Below are positions 17,597 through 26,071 of a DNA stretch of 64,000 nucleotides, piece after piece. The notes under the pieces are model-generated. The model worked only from the letters and a program-made list of their open reading frames with translations, was not told where the DNA came from and ran no database searches. Every line of letters starts with the position of its first letter. Position 1 is the first letter of the stretch. Source of the DNA: an uncultured Bacteriovoracaceae bacterium (GTDB taxonomy: Bacteria; Bdellovibrionota; UBA2394); contig CAZUTA010000006.1 of the NCBI GenBank assembly GCA_964622975.1, positions 3,071 to 67,070 of the forward strand. The letters are read 5' to 3'. The position numbers and the translations under genes were made by a program.

Positions 17597-18754
17597 ATGA
17601 AAGTTGGATTTGGCATGAGTCGGGCAAGAGAAGCCGACGCTGCACTTCAGGAAGCCTATCGAAAAAGTCTCCAAAAATTGGGGGCCACCAAGGCGGATCT
17701 CTCCCTTGTGTTTTATTCCTATGATTTTGCGTTGGATCAGCCTGCCTTTGCGGGTTCTCTCAAGCGAGTCTTTAGGGATGTGCCGGTCTATGGCTGCAGT
17801 AGTTGGGGATCATGGAACCAAGCCGAGAGTCTCGAAGCCGAAACGGGTTTGATGGTGGTGAGCTTCAAGGCTCCCGATTTTACGGTGACTCCTTTAAAGG
17901 TTCATAGTCTTCGAGAAAAAGCAGAGCTTTGGTCGGCAGAGCTCGCTCGCCAACTCGAGACTCAGAGCTTTGATTTTGTGCTCGTCCTTGCCGATAGTCT
18001 CAACTTTACTTCGGGCAGTGGATTTCAGATGCTCGAGCGCAAGTTTCCGAGCACACAGTTTGTAGGTGTGGGCACAAGCTTTAGTGTGCCTCAATGCAGC
18101 TTGGTGTGTCAGAGCGAGGTTCACTTAAACGCTCTCGTGGCGCTTGGGTTTTCCAATTTTAAACCCTGGGTGGGTTTGCTTCAAAGCATCCGGCCCGAAC
18201 TCAAAGAAGTTTCCATCAATCGGATGAGCGAAAATCTCATCATCGAAATGGACGAAAAGCCTGCTTTTTATAAACTCTGCGAGCACCTCATGACGGTCGA
18301 TGATTTGCCCATGATGTCACAAGACGAGTTTCGAAAACATATGGGCAATCTCTATGTCGTCGAAAAGTCGAAAGAAGAGCCTTCTCGACTGAGGACGTTT
18401 GGGGATTCGTATCGTGTGATTTCACTTCTCGGAAGTGAAATGACCACAGGAATGGTCGCTGTGGCGCAGACACTGGATTTTAGCCAGAGTCATTTTTTGG
18501 GCCAAAAAAAGAATCAGTATGCCGAAGTGGGGGGGATCGAACTGCTTCAAAAACTCAAATCAGAAATTCCCGAGCCGTCCATGCTCTGGGTCTTTGTGAA
18601 TGCGGCTCGGCTTCGCGAAAAGGAGCGAACTAAATCCGACTACGAGCTCATTCAGTCTGTGTTTCCGCAGACACCGATTCTGGGATTGACGTCGAATGGA
18701 GAATACCTGGGAGGGCTCAATCAAATGGCCGCCCTCGTCGTTGCGGTTCCTTAG
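17597..18754 (+). CDS. FIST-domain sensory protein
   Basis: FIST_N-like (LSLVFYSYDF...VPVYGCSSWGS) and FIST_C-like (LWVFVNAARL...PILGLTSNGEY) regions. By-eye assignment only. Confidence 0.5.
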   Translation: MKVGFGMSRAREADAALQEAYRKSLQKLGATKADLSLVFYSYDFALDQPAFAGSLKRVFRDVPVYGCSSWGSWNQAESLEAETGLMVVSFKAPDFTVTPLKVHSLREKAELWSAELARQLETQSFDFVLVLADSLNFTSGSGFQMLERKFPSTQFVGVGTSFSVPQCSLVCQSEVHLNALVALGFSNFKPWVGLLQSIRPELKEVSINRMSENLIIEMDEKPAFYKLCEHLMTVDDLPMMSQDEFRKHMGNLYVVEKSKEEPSRLRTFGDSYRVISLLGSEMTTGMVAVAQTLDFSQSHFLGQKKNQYAEVGGIELLQKLKSEIPEPSMLWVFVNAARLREKERTKSDYELIQSVFPQTPILGLTSNGEYLGGLNQMAALVVAVP

Positions 18755-19008
18755 CGCGCTCCGTGTTCGAGCCGACGCACAAATTTGATCAGGACTAAGC
18801 TGAGCTCAGTCAAAAAGACGGCGGCACCCATGAGTGTGACCATGAGACAGTGTTTAAAGTATCCCGGCTGATGGGATTCTTCTTCGAGACTTTCTTGTTC
18901 GAGTTCTTGAACCCATTCGCTTTGAGGTTTTGGAACGGCCTTTAAATTTTGTGCGATATAATAATTTCTGAGTTTGCGCGCGATCACGCTCGATTCACTG
19001 GTCGTCAT
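18751..19008 (-). CDS. Small hypothetical membrane protein (85 aa)
   Basis: C-terminal TM-like segment. Convergent 4-nt overlap with FIST gene. Weak support. Confidence 0.25.
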   Translation of the reverse strand: MTTSESSVIARKLRNYYIAQNLKAVPKPQSEWVQELEQESLEEESHQPGYFKHCLMVTLMGAAVFLTELSLVLIKFVRRLEHGAR

Positions 19009-19167
19009 AGGACAAATACCCCCTTAAAAATCACTAACTCTTTTTTCCCCTACTCGAAGAAAGTAGCAAATCGAGTGCCAGGTTTATGCGCCTTAAGGAC
19101 TCACTTTAAGGGGTCTTTGGCAGAGAGATGGGACATCCGAGTCGCGCGCTCAAGCATGCGGTCCTAA

Positions 19168-19200
19168 AAAAAAAGTGTTCTGAGGGACTTGATCTCAGAA
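19168..19200 (-). terminator. Terminator-like hairpin with U-run in minus orientation (orphan)
   Basis: On the minus strand, 7-bp stem ttctgag/ctcagaa with 9-nt loop followed by TTTTTTTTT. No minus-strand gene upstream of it. Confidence 0.3.
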
Positions 19201-19263
19201 GCGAAGAGCTCTAATAAAAGTCATCTTGATTGGGCGTGCGCAAGATAAGTCTAGGAGTTACAG

Positions 19264-19653
19264 ATGTTTACCCTCAAACGCCCTGTCTTTCGATGGAGTC
19301 TTTCCATCGGCCTTGTGTCTTTTTTAAAGATTAATTCCGCATTCGCTTGTGGAGCGGCCGATCCTGTTTGGACGTCACCCACTGGATCTTGCAAGGATCA
19401 CTATGAAGATTGTGTTGCGAGCTGCGAAAGTACAGCGACATGCTGCGGATCTTTCACCTTTGGAACCCCAGCGTACACGTCGTGCATGACCAATTGCGCG
19501 ACTTCTTGCCGAGTGGGCTACGTCGCTTGCTTTGGCCCAACTCCGGGCGTTACCCCAGGCGCTCCTGGCGGTCCGGCGACCCCAGGGACTTTGGGAAGTG
19601 TGGATTCTCACTCCTTCTATGAAGGATACATGGCATTCGAATCACACAAGTAA
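19264..19653 (+). CDS. Secreted Cys-rich small protein (129 aa, 14 Cys) with Pro/Gly-rich C-terminal segment
   Basis: Signal peptide (LSIGLVSFLKINSAFA), 14 Cys in ~75 residues, then PTPGVTPGAPGGPATPGT. GGAG RBS-like sequence upstream. Confidence 0.5.
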   Translation: MFTLKRPVFRWSLSIGLVSFLKINSAFACGAADPVWTSPTGSCKDHYEDCVASCESTATCCGSFTFGTPAYTSCMTNCATSCRVGYVACFGPTPGVTPGAPGGPATPGTLGSVDSHSFYEGYMAFESHK

Positions 19654-19678
19654 TCAAGAATAAAAATAGGAATACACA

Positions 19679-21811
19679 ATGAGCTTAGGAATCCTCCTTC
19701 TTGCCACGTTGGTGAGTTTTTCAGACGCACCCCAAAAGCAACTCGATCGCTTTTTCAATATGCGACGAGATTTGGTTTTGGAATATCAAAACTTAGCGCA
19801 GCGAGAAGGAGGAACCGAAGCTATTCGGATTCGCCTCGAGCAGATCGAAAGAGATTTGCGCCTCATTCAGCGAGATGAAAACGACATCAGTTGGTCTGCA
19901 CAGACCTATAAATCCCTTTACGAAGAGATTCAATCTGCTCAGAAGGATTCGGATTCTAAAGCGGCGATCGAGTGGGCTTTAGCCTCTTGGAAGACGAGCT
20001 TCTCGGAGACTTTTAATCCCGATGCCGCGTCTGTTCTTTTACCTCTCATGGGTGGGCTACTGCGCCGAGTCCCCGACTCAGAACTCCCTAAGTTTCGTGT
20101 CACATCGGATCGTACCAAATCCATCGCCGAGTCTCTCATTCAGATTCCATTTCGAGGTCCTCATGCAACGGGTAGCCTCTTTCGATATTTGGCCGCGACG
20201 AAAAATGACGAAGTGCTCTTGTCCTTTGGAAAATCCTTTCTCAATAAGATTCCTGACCAAGTTCAGAATGTAGAGCTTGAGCACCTCATTTACCTCAGTT
20301 TTTATCAGTCTGTTTTTTCCATCAAAAAGCCCGAGGCGGTTGAGACATTGCTGAAGGGGCTTGAGAAAAAAAATCCAGTCGCGCAGCAGCTTGCGGCATT
20401 AGAGAGCTTAGCTCTTTGGGATGCCAAAGATGCGGACGCATGGGATTTGGAGACCATCGCTCGAGTCTATGACTCGTTTCTTTCTTCGATTGAAAGAGCT
20501 TCCCCTCCACAAGGCTTTTTGAACTCACTTCCGCCTCCTCTTCAGGGCATGAAACACTCCTATATCTCGCCGGTACTGCGCGCCATCATCGCTCTCGACA
20601 TTGGATATCGCGCAAAGGCCACCGAAGTCGGCGGTGAAGCGTCATCGAGAGATCGACTGGTAGCCATTCTTTCTCGGTTTTTGAAGTCCCCTGATGAGGT
20701 CATGGTGATCGCTGTTCTTTTGCCTCTCCAGGATCTTGAAGATCTTGAGTTGCAGAGCGCTCTGAGTTCTTCTCTGTGGGCGCTTCTCGCGGAAACCGAC
20801 AGCTCGTCGGTCCTCATGAATCTTTCTAAAGTTTTGGATCGGTTTGCAAAACCGATTCGCCTCGTCACGGATCCAGTGACCCAAAAGACTCACTGGAGTT
20901 TGCCCGAAGAAATTGCAGTAAGCATGCAAAGCGCTCTTCACAATTCTTTGACTCGCGGCGCGGCCGTGTGGGCGATCTCTTCTTACGGTGCGGTGGCTCA
21001 ATCGATTCTTAATTTGGAGATGGCTAGGGATATCTTGCGTCGATGGCCTCAGACGGCTGAGAGCCTTGTTAAGATTCACGGCAATGCCTTGAATTCTGAT
21101 TTATTAGAATCCATTCAGGCGCTTCAAGCCAAAGGTGTAGAGCCTGTGGATACTCGGGCTGTCGCATTGCAGGCATATTTGAGTTTGGATGAAGAGCTCC
21201 CCACTTCTCTGCCGAGCGAATCTCAGGAGGGAGCAAAGCTCTTCGCTCTCACCAATGCCTTGAGCCTGGCACAAGCGATCGAAGTTCTTCGCCATATCAA
21301 TGATCCTCATCAAGAGATTCTAAAATGGATTGAGACCGCGATTTCCATGGCGAAATCCCGCGCCGATAGCTCAGGAAACGCTCTGAGCCTTAATCAATGG
21401 GTCGGAAGCTTGATGAGTGCTCAGCTCAAGTTGTTGGAAGACTCAAACGATGAAGCTCTTGAAAACTCACTTCTCCTTGGTCTCGGCTCTGAAGACTTTA
21501 CATTGGCGGCTGAGACGCTTTTGGGAGCAAAGGGGGAGCAGCTTCAGCAAAGCGATTATCAAAACAAGATGGCGATTGAGTTTCGGGGGGCTCGAATCCG
21601 TCAGGCCTTTTCTCGAATCGGAAAGACCTCGGGGTCTCGTGGATTTTTGACAATGGAGCTCGGCGAGTTTTTGTTGATCGATAATTTTAAGGGGTTTTCT
21701 GAGTTTCCCGATACAAAGGAGAAGATTCGTTTGGCGACACTGGAGTACCTCAAGACATTTGGGGGAGCTGACGCCAAGATTCTCTTAGAGACCATCGAAT
21801 TGGCTCGGTAA
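19679..21811 (+). CDS. Secreted hypothetical helical protein (710 aa)
   Basis: N-terminal signal peptide (MSLGILLLATLVSFSDA), Leu/Ala-rich repeats. No identifiable domain. Confidence 0.55.
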   Translation: MSLGILLLATLVSFSDAPQKQLDRFFNMRRDLVLEYQNLAQREGGTEAIRIRLEQIERDLRLIQRDENDISWSAQTYKSLYEEIQSAQKDSDSKAAIEWALASWKTSFSETFNPDAASVLLPLMGGLLRRVPDSELPKFRVTSDRTKSIAESLIQIPFRGPHATGSLFRYLAATKNDEVLLSFGKSFLNKIPDQVQNVELEHLIYLSFYQSVFSIKKPEAVETLLKGLEKKNPVAQQLAALESLALWDAKDADAWDLETIARVYDSFLSSIERASPPQGFLNSLPPPLQGMKHSYISPVLRAIIALDIGYRAKATEVGGEASSRDRLVAILSRFLKSPDEVMVIAVLLPLQDLEDLELQSALSSSLWALLAETDSSSVLMNLSKVLDRFAKPIRLVTDPVTQKTHWSLPEEIAVSMQSALHNSLTRGAAVWAISSYGAVAQSILNLEMARDILRRWPQTAESLVKIHGNALNSDLLESIQALQAKGVEPVDTRAVALQAYLSLDEELPTSLPSESQEGAKLFALTNALSLAQAIEVLRHINDPHQEILKWIETAISMAKSRADSSGNALSLNQWVGSLMSAQLKLLEDSNDEALENSLLLGLGSEDFTLAAETLLGAKGEQLQQSDYQNKMAIEFRGARIRQAFSRIGKTSGSRGFLTMELGEFLLIDNFKGFSEFPDTKEKIRLATLEYLKTFGGADAKILLETIELAR

Positions 21812-21876
21812 GCCAAAGAGCAGGGCCTCGAATTGTCATTTGCCATCCGTCCTCGTTTGCGAGGAAAGTAGATCTC

Positions 21877-22284
21877 ATGGAAGTTGCTCATATTGCTGTT
21901 GCCGTAAAAAATCTAAAAGAAGCGACCGAGGCGGTCGAAAAAGTGCTCGGCCTCAAAGCGAGTCCGATCGAAGAAGTGCCTGAGCAGAAGGTTCGAATTC
22001 AATTCGTCAATATCGGAGGAGTTCGGTTTGAGTTTTTGGAGCCGACTTCGAGCGATTCGCCCATTTCTAAATTTCTCGAAAAGCGTGGCAATGGAATTCA
22101 TCACGTCGCGCTCGAGATGTCGGGTGTCGCACAAAAGCTCAAAGATCTTAAAGCGGCAGGAGTCCCGTTGATCAACGAAACTCCCGTCACGGGTGCAGAA
22201 GGTTGTGATGTGGCGTTTTTGCATCCCAAAGCGATGGCAGGAATTTTAGTCGAATTCATTGAGAAGCATTCATCAACTCATTGA
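21877..22284 (+). CDS. Methylmalonyl-CoA epimerase (VOC/glyoxalase-I fold)
   Basis: MEVAHIAVAV..., GIHHVALE and AFLHPK...GILVEFIE motifs. 135 aa, typical. Confidence 0.8.
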   Translation: MEVAHIAVAVKNLKEATEAVEKVLGLKASPIEEVPEQKVRIQFVNIGGVRFEFLEPTSSDSPISKFLEKRGNGIHHVALEMSGVAQKLKDLKAAGVPLINETPVTGAEGCDVAFLHPKAMAGILVEFIEKHSSTH

Positions 22285-22291
22285 GTTTTTG

Positions 22292-23038
22292 TTAGGGATC
22301 GACGGAAGGAAGCGCGTGGGCTTCTACTTTTGTGTTTCGTCCATGCCATGCCGTATAGGCTGCAATGACTCCCGAAAGTATAAAGCCCTCGTAGCCGACC
22401 TTCAAAAAAATCCACGAACCGACGGCCGATCCCACAACAAATGAAAAAATCGAACCCATCCGCAGATAATTGGCTCGAACTTCCTTTTTAAAGAGAGGTT
22501 TGTCGGCGCTGATTGTCAAAACTCGAGCAAACCCAAGGCCCAAGTCTGTCGTTAAACCCGTTAAATGAGTGGTGCGCACCGATTTGCCGGAAGAAGATGT
22601 AATCGCGCCGTTTTGAAGGCCGCTGGCCAGACATAAAAATGCCATCAGCACATAGTTTTGGTTGAGAGATGTTTCGCCAAAGATTCCAAAGTCAAAAGAC
22701 TCTCCGCCCGAAGCTACAAAGAGACAAAGAGCGCAAAGAAGCATGACCCAATCAAATCGTGGTCTTTCTCCTCGATAGATTTGGCGATCAATCATGAGAC
22801 CGGCCAAAAAAGATCCGAGAAGAAAAAAAATGGGAACAGATAAAATTCCAAATGCGGCTTCAATCTGATTTTGAGTGATATCGACACCAAAGAGTGTCGC
22901 AAATCCCGTCACATGACTGACGAATCTTCCTGTGGCTAGAAATCCACCAGCATTGATACAGCCGCCATTAAAACTCAGCAGGAACCAGTGGGCGATGACC
23001 CAGGAGTCTGCATCTTGATCGAAGCGATGTTTAAACAT
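22292..23038 (-). CDS. DUF1275/YoaK family membrane protein
   Basis: FNGGCINAGGF and SHVTGFAT motifs. Start moved to Met17 (23038), which has a GGAAAGGA RBS; track start 23086 lacks one. Confidence 0.65.
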   Translation of the reverse strand: MFKHRFDQDADSWVIAHWFLLSFNGGCINAGGFLATGRFVSHVTGFATLFGVDITQNQIEAAFGILSVPIFFLLGSFLAGLMIDRQIYRGERPRFDWVMLLCALCLFVASGGESFDFGIFGETSLNQNYVLMAFLCLASGLQNGAITSSSGKSVRTTHLTGLTTDLGLGFARVLTISADKPLFKKEVRANYLRMGSIFSFVVGSAVGSWIFLKVGYEGFILSGVIAAYTAWHGRNTKVEAHALPSVDP

Positions 23039-23088
23039 TCGATCCTTTCCCCTTCCGTGCCATTTTATATTATTTAATGACTGCAAAC

Positions 23089-23119
23089 AAAAAAAAGCCC
23101 GAGATTTCTCGGGCTTTTT
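23089..23119 (-). terminator. Rho-independent terminator (bidirectional hairpin) downstream of ROK kinase gene
   Basis: GCCCGAGA-tt-TCTCGGGC stem. 8 T on minus strand, 5 T on plus strand. Confidence 0.7.
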
Positions 23120-23149
23120 AAAGATTCACAAAAAGAATCGCTCTTGAAC

Positions 23150-24328
23150 TTAGCTGGCGACTGCCTTTAGAGCAGTACTCGAAGCCGCGGGCTTTGAAGC
23201 CTGCTTCACCTCAACGGGAAGTCGTCGCATCGCATCGATGAATACCAACGATGCGGCTCCAATCACTCCCGCTTCCAAGAAGTTTGAGTTCTTGATGAGA
23301 GAAGTCGTCAAAATTCGCAACTTATTGTGGCGAGCCACATAAGATCGCTCCATCGTGATTTGAATCATCTTGCGGCTAAACGCCTTCCAAGACTGAACCA
23401 ATCCACCGCCAAAGCAAATCGCTTGAGGGTCAAGAGTGTTGACGACGTTGGCGAGCATAATGCCGAGGGCATTTCCCATATCGTCAAAAATCTTATCAAC
23501 CGCTTCAAATTCAGGAATCTTGTTTCCACGCTTCCAAAGTTCAAAGAGTTCTTCCGTGGAGCTGACGGTCAAATGCGGGAACTTTTCTTTAAGATCAGAA
23601 ATCGCCTTTTGAAGACCTGAAGAGCTTGCAAAAAGTTCGACAGAACCGCGGTTTCCAGTGGTTTCAGGCGCTCCCTGAGGATCCACTGTGATGTGACCGA
23701 CTTCTCCGGCCATCCCCATGCTTCCGTGATAGATGTCTCCGTTCAAGAACAAAGCACCCCCGATACCCGTGCCCAAAGTGACATAGATAAAATCATCGTA
23801 GGGTTTGCAAACACCAAAAACTTTTTCACCAATAGCGGCAGCATTGGCGTCGTTATCAATGAAAACAGGGAATTTGATCTTTTTCTTGAGCTTTTCGTGC
23901 ACAGCAAAACGTTTCCAATCCGGAAACTGAGGCGATTGAATCACCAATCCCTTCTTGAGATGGAGAATTCCTGGAATGCCAAATCCAACGCCCAGGAGAT
24001 TCTCCGAAGGAACACATCCCGGAGGGGGGTTTTTGAGGAGTTCTTCGACCAATTGAACCATTCGGTTCAAAACTTTTTCCTTCCCTTCGGAAACCTTGGT
24101 CTCCCATTTGATGGGATCAAACATCTGACCCTTGGGGCCTACCCAAGCGCCGCGGATGCTCGTACCGCCCAAATCGACGCCAATGGCCCACCCTTGAAGA
24201 GTGCCGACTTTGCTCGAAAGATCGGAAATTCTCTTGGAGGCGAATGGGGTTTGTGTGGATTTCTTCTTCGTAGAACCTGCTTCTGAGGTATTTGTCATCT
24301 CTTCAACCATAGCTGACCCTTCTACCAC
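23150..24328 (-). CDS. ROK family sugar kinase (glucokinase-like) with ~45-aa N-terminal extension
   Basis: GVDLGGTSIRGA, NDANAAAIGE, LGTGIGGA, GEVGH motifs. Confidence 0.75.
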   Translation of the reverse strand: MVEGSAMVEEMTNTSEAGSTKKKSTQTPFASKRISDLSSKVGTLQGWAIGVDLGGTSIRGAWVGPKGQMFDPIKWETKVSEGKEKVLNRMVQLVEELLKNPPPGCVPSENLLGVGFGIPGILHLKKGLVIQSPQFPDWKRFAVHEKLKKKIKFPVFIDNDANAAAIGEKVFGVCKPYDDFIYVTLGTGIGGALFLNGDIYHGSMGMAGEVGHITVDPQGAPETTGNRGSVELFASSSGLQKAISDLKEKFPHLTVSSTEELFELWKRGNKIPEFEAVDKIFDDMGNALGIMLANVVNTLDPQAICFGGGLVQSWKAFSRKMIQITMERSYVARHNKLRILTTSLIKNSNFLEAGVIGAASLVFIDAMRRLPVEVKQASKPAASSTALKAVAS

Positions 24329-24421
24329 AGGTTCTGACTGTGCCGATTAAAAAATTGGCCGGAATGAAAGACCCATTAAATTGGCTGAAAAAGGCCCAAA
24401 AAAGGGAGTAAAATCGGTCCC

Positions 24422-25114
24422 GTGGATAGGGCTGAGCTCAACATATATATAGACGGCCTTTTGAGTCTTTGTCCCAAGGGCCAAAACCTCTCGGACCGAG
24501 AACAGAGGTTTCAATTGATTGAGGCGGTTTTGGGGGCGGATCATTTGCTCAATCTTCTCCAAGACTGGCTTCTGATGCAGGACCTCAATTTGGAGTCGAT
24601 CCTCAAAGTTCAGGCCTTTTTTGGGCTCACCTACCAACAGTTAGGGCAGGTCTTTAATCAAGGGCCTCGAGAGATTGCTCAGGCCATTCGGGCCCAGCGA
24701 TTGCTCGGTCTCTCTTCTTATCCTCCCGTCGAAAAGGCTCTCGATAACGAGGAGATCAGTGGACTGTCTTGTTTTATGGTCGAACAGCAGTTGAGCGCAT
24801 GGATTGATTCAGAAGTTCAAGATATGCGGGTTGTTCAGCAGCTTCACGGTCATTTCACAAACTGCACGGGATGCAGCCAGCGACTGCAGGAGTTTCGGGA
24901 TCATAAACATCGCACACTCAAAATGCGGCAGAGCTTTCCTCCTGTTTCAGAATGGGAGTGGAATGATTCTCTGGCAGAAATGCAGCGGGTGCGAAAACGA
25001 TTTTGGAGATCATTCGCGGTTTACTCTTTGTTTGCCATTGTCTTAGTCGGTGTGATCGTCACCTTTCTTTGGGTTCGCCCGGCGGATGTTCCGAATGTCT
25101 ACGAAGTCCCTTAA
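24422..25114 (+). CDS. Membrane protein combining sigma-70 region-4-like HTH and zf-HC2 anti-sigma zinc-finger with C-terminal TM
   Basis: LTYQQLGQVFNQGPREIAQAIRAQR (region-4-like HTH), HFTNCTGC (Hx3Cx2C), C-terminal TM helix (FAVYSLFAIVLVGVIVTFLWV). GTG start. Confidence 0.45.
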   Translation: MDRAELNIYIDGLLSLCPKGQNLSDREQRFQLIEAVLGADHLLNLLQDWLLMQDLNLESILKVQAFFGLTYQQLGQVFNQGPREIAQAIRAQRLLGLSSYPPVEKALDNEEISGLSCFMVEQQLSAWIDSEVQDMRVVQQLHGHFTNCTGCSQRLQEFRDHKHRTLKMRQSFPPVSEWEWNDSLAEMQRVRKRFWRSFAVYSLFAIVLVGVIVTFLWVRPADVPNVYEVP

Positions 25115-25156
25115 AGAGTCTTGATTCAAGGGCTTGGGATCGAAATACTGAACTCC

Positions 25157-26071
25157 ATGGCAAAGCCTTTCAAAAAGCCTCAGGCCCTGATGCTCGGAGA
25201 CACCGTTGCTCTGATCCGTCCGTCGAGTCGATTGGATCTCAATCGCTGGCGTGAACTTCAATGCGCGCTTCAGAATTTGGGATATTGTGTCGCGACGTAC
25301 TCAGGAAAGTTTTCTCAAGATCCTTTTTTTGCGGCGTCCGATCGAGAGAGAGCGGCTGAGCTCATGTGGGCGCTCAAAGAGCCCGGAGTTCGGGCGATTT
25401 TTGTGGCTCGAGGTGGTTATGGAGCGATTCGCTTGCCTGAGTTTTGTCGCTTGCCGAAAGCAGCCGAACCCAAAATTGTGGTCGGGTATTCGGATACGAC
25501 GTATTTGCATCAATGGGTTCAAAATGAACTCCAATGGGTGACGTTTCATGGCCCCCTCATGGGATTTTTGGAAACGAAGAGTCTCAGAAAATTCTCAGAT
25601 CGCCTTCTCAAGCTGCCGACGGATGCGTGGAAAGAAAAATGGTCCGAAGTCCGAGTACTCAGATCAGGAGACACAAAGCGAGCTCGACTCGTCGGCGGCA
25701 ATCTTTCGGTTTTTGAGCTTTCCGGGCCGGCGGCGTTGCCCAAGGAACCTGTGGTACTCGCCCTTGAAGATGTGAATGAGAATTTTTATCGCATTGATCG
25801 AATGCTTCGGATTTTAAAGGACGCAAAATACGATCGGTATATTCGAGGAATCATCTGCGGAACTTTTCATCGCTGCGGACAAGTGGATGCGAAGACATTT
25901 GGATGGAAGCGGATTGAATCTACACTTCTTGAGCTCACGGACGGACCTGTTTGGACAAACGCTCAGTTTGGTCACGGTCTTCAGGATCAAAGAATCCTTC
26001 CTTTGGGGTCCTGGGTGCGGATGAAGGGCAAGATTCTTGAAGGCCTTGAAGGAGTCGTGCGTTGTCGCTGA
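25157..26071 (+). CDS. ldcA: LD-carboxypeptidase (muramoyltetrapeptide carboxypeptidase, S66 family)
   Basis: GYSDTT nucleophile motif, GGNLSV, catalytic His region QFGHG. Start placed at Met13 of the track ORF. Confidence 0.75.
   Translation: MAKPFKKPQALMLGDTVALIRPSSRLDLNRWRELQCALQNLGYCVATYSGKFSQDPFFAASDRERAAELMWALKEPGVRAIFVARGGYGAIRLPEFCRLPKAAEPKIVVGYSDTTYLHQWVQNELQWVTFHGPLMGFLETKSLRKFSDRLLKLPTDAWKEKWSEVRVLRSGDTKRARLVGGNLSVFELSGPAALPKEPVVLALEDVNENFYRIDRMLRILKDAKYDRYIRGIICGTFHRCGQVDAKTFGWKRIESTLLELTDGPVWTNAQFGHGLQDQRILPLGSWVRMKGKILEGLEGVVRCR

Noticed and set aside
23039-23086. N-terminal extensions produced by earliest-start ORF calling (e.g. 23086, 25121, 29119, 32838, 35829, 39119, 47181, 48394, 63144).
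   Set aside because: The ORF track accepts the first ATG/GTG/TTG in each frame. Downstream ATG/GTG codons with RBS-like sequences, signal peptides starting there, or family-typical N-termini were preferred. The extended versions were not reported.
24347-24637. 96-aa minus-strand ORF overlapping the start of the sigma-r4/zf-HC2 gene.
   Set aside because: No motifs or RBS. The plus-strand ORF has recognisable HTH, zinc-finger and TM features.
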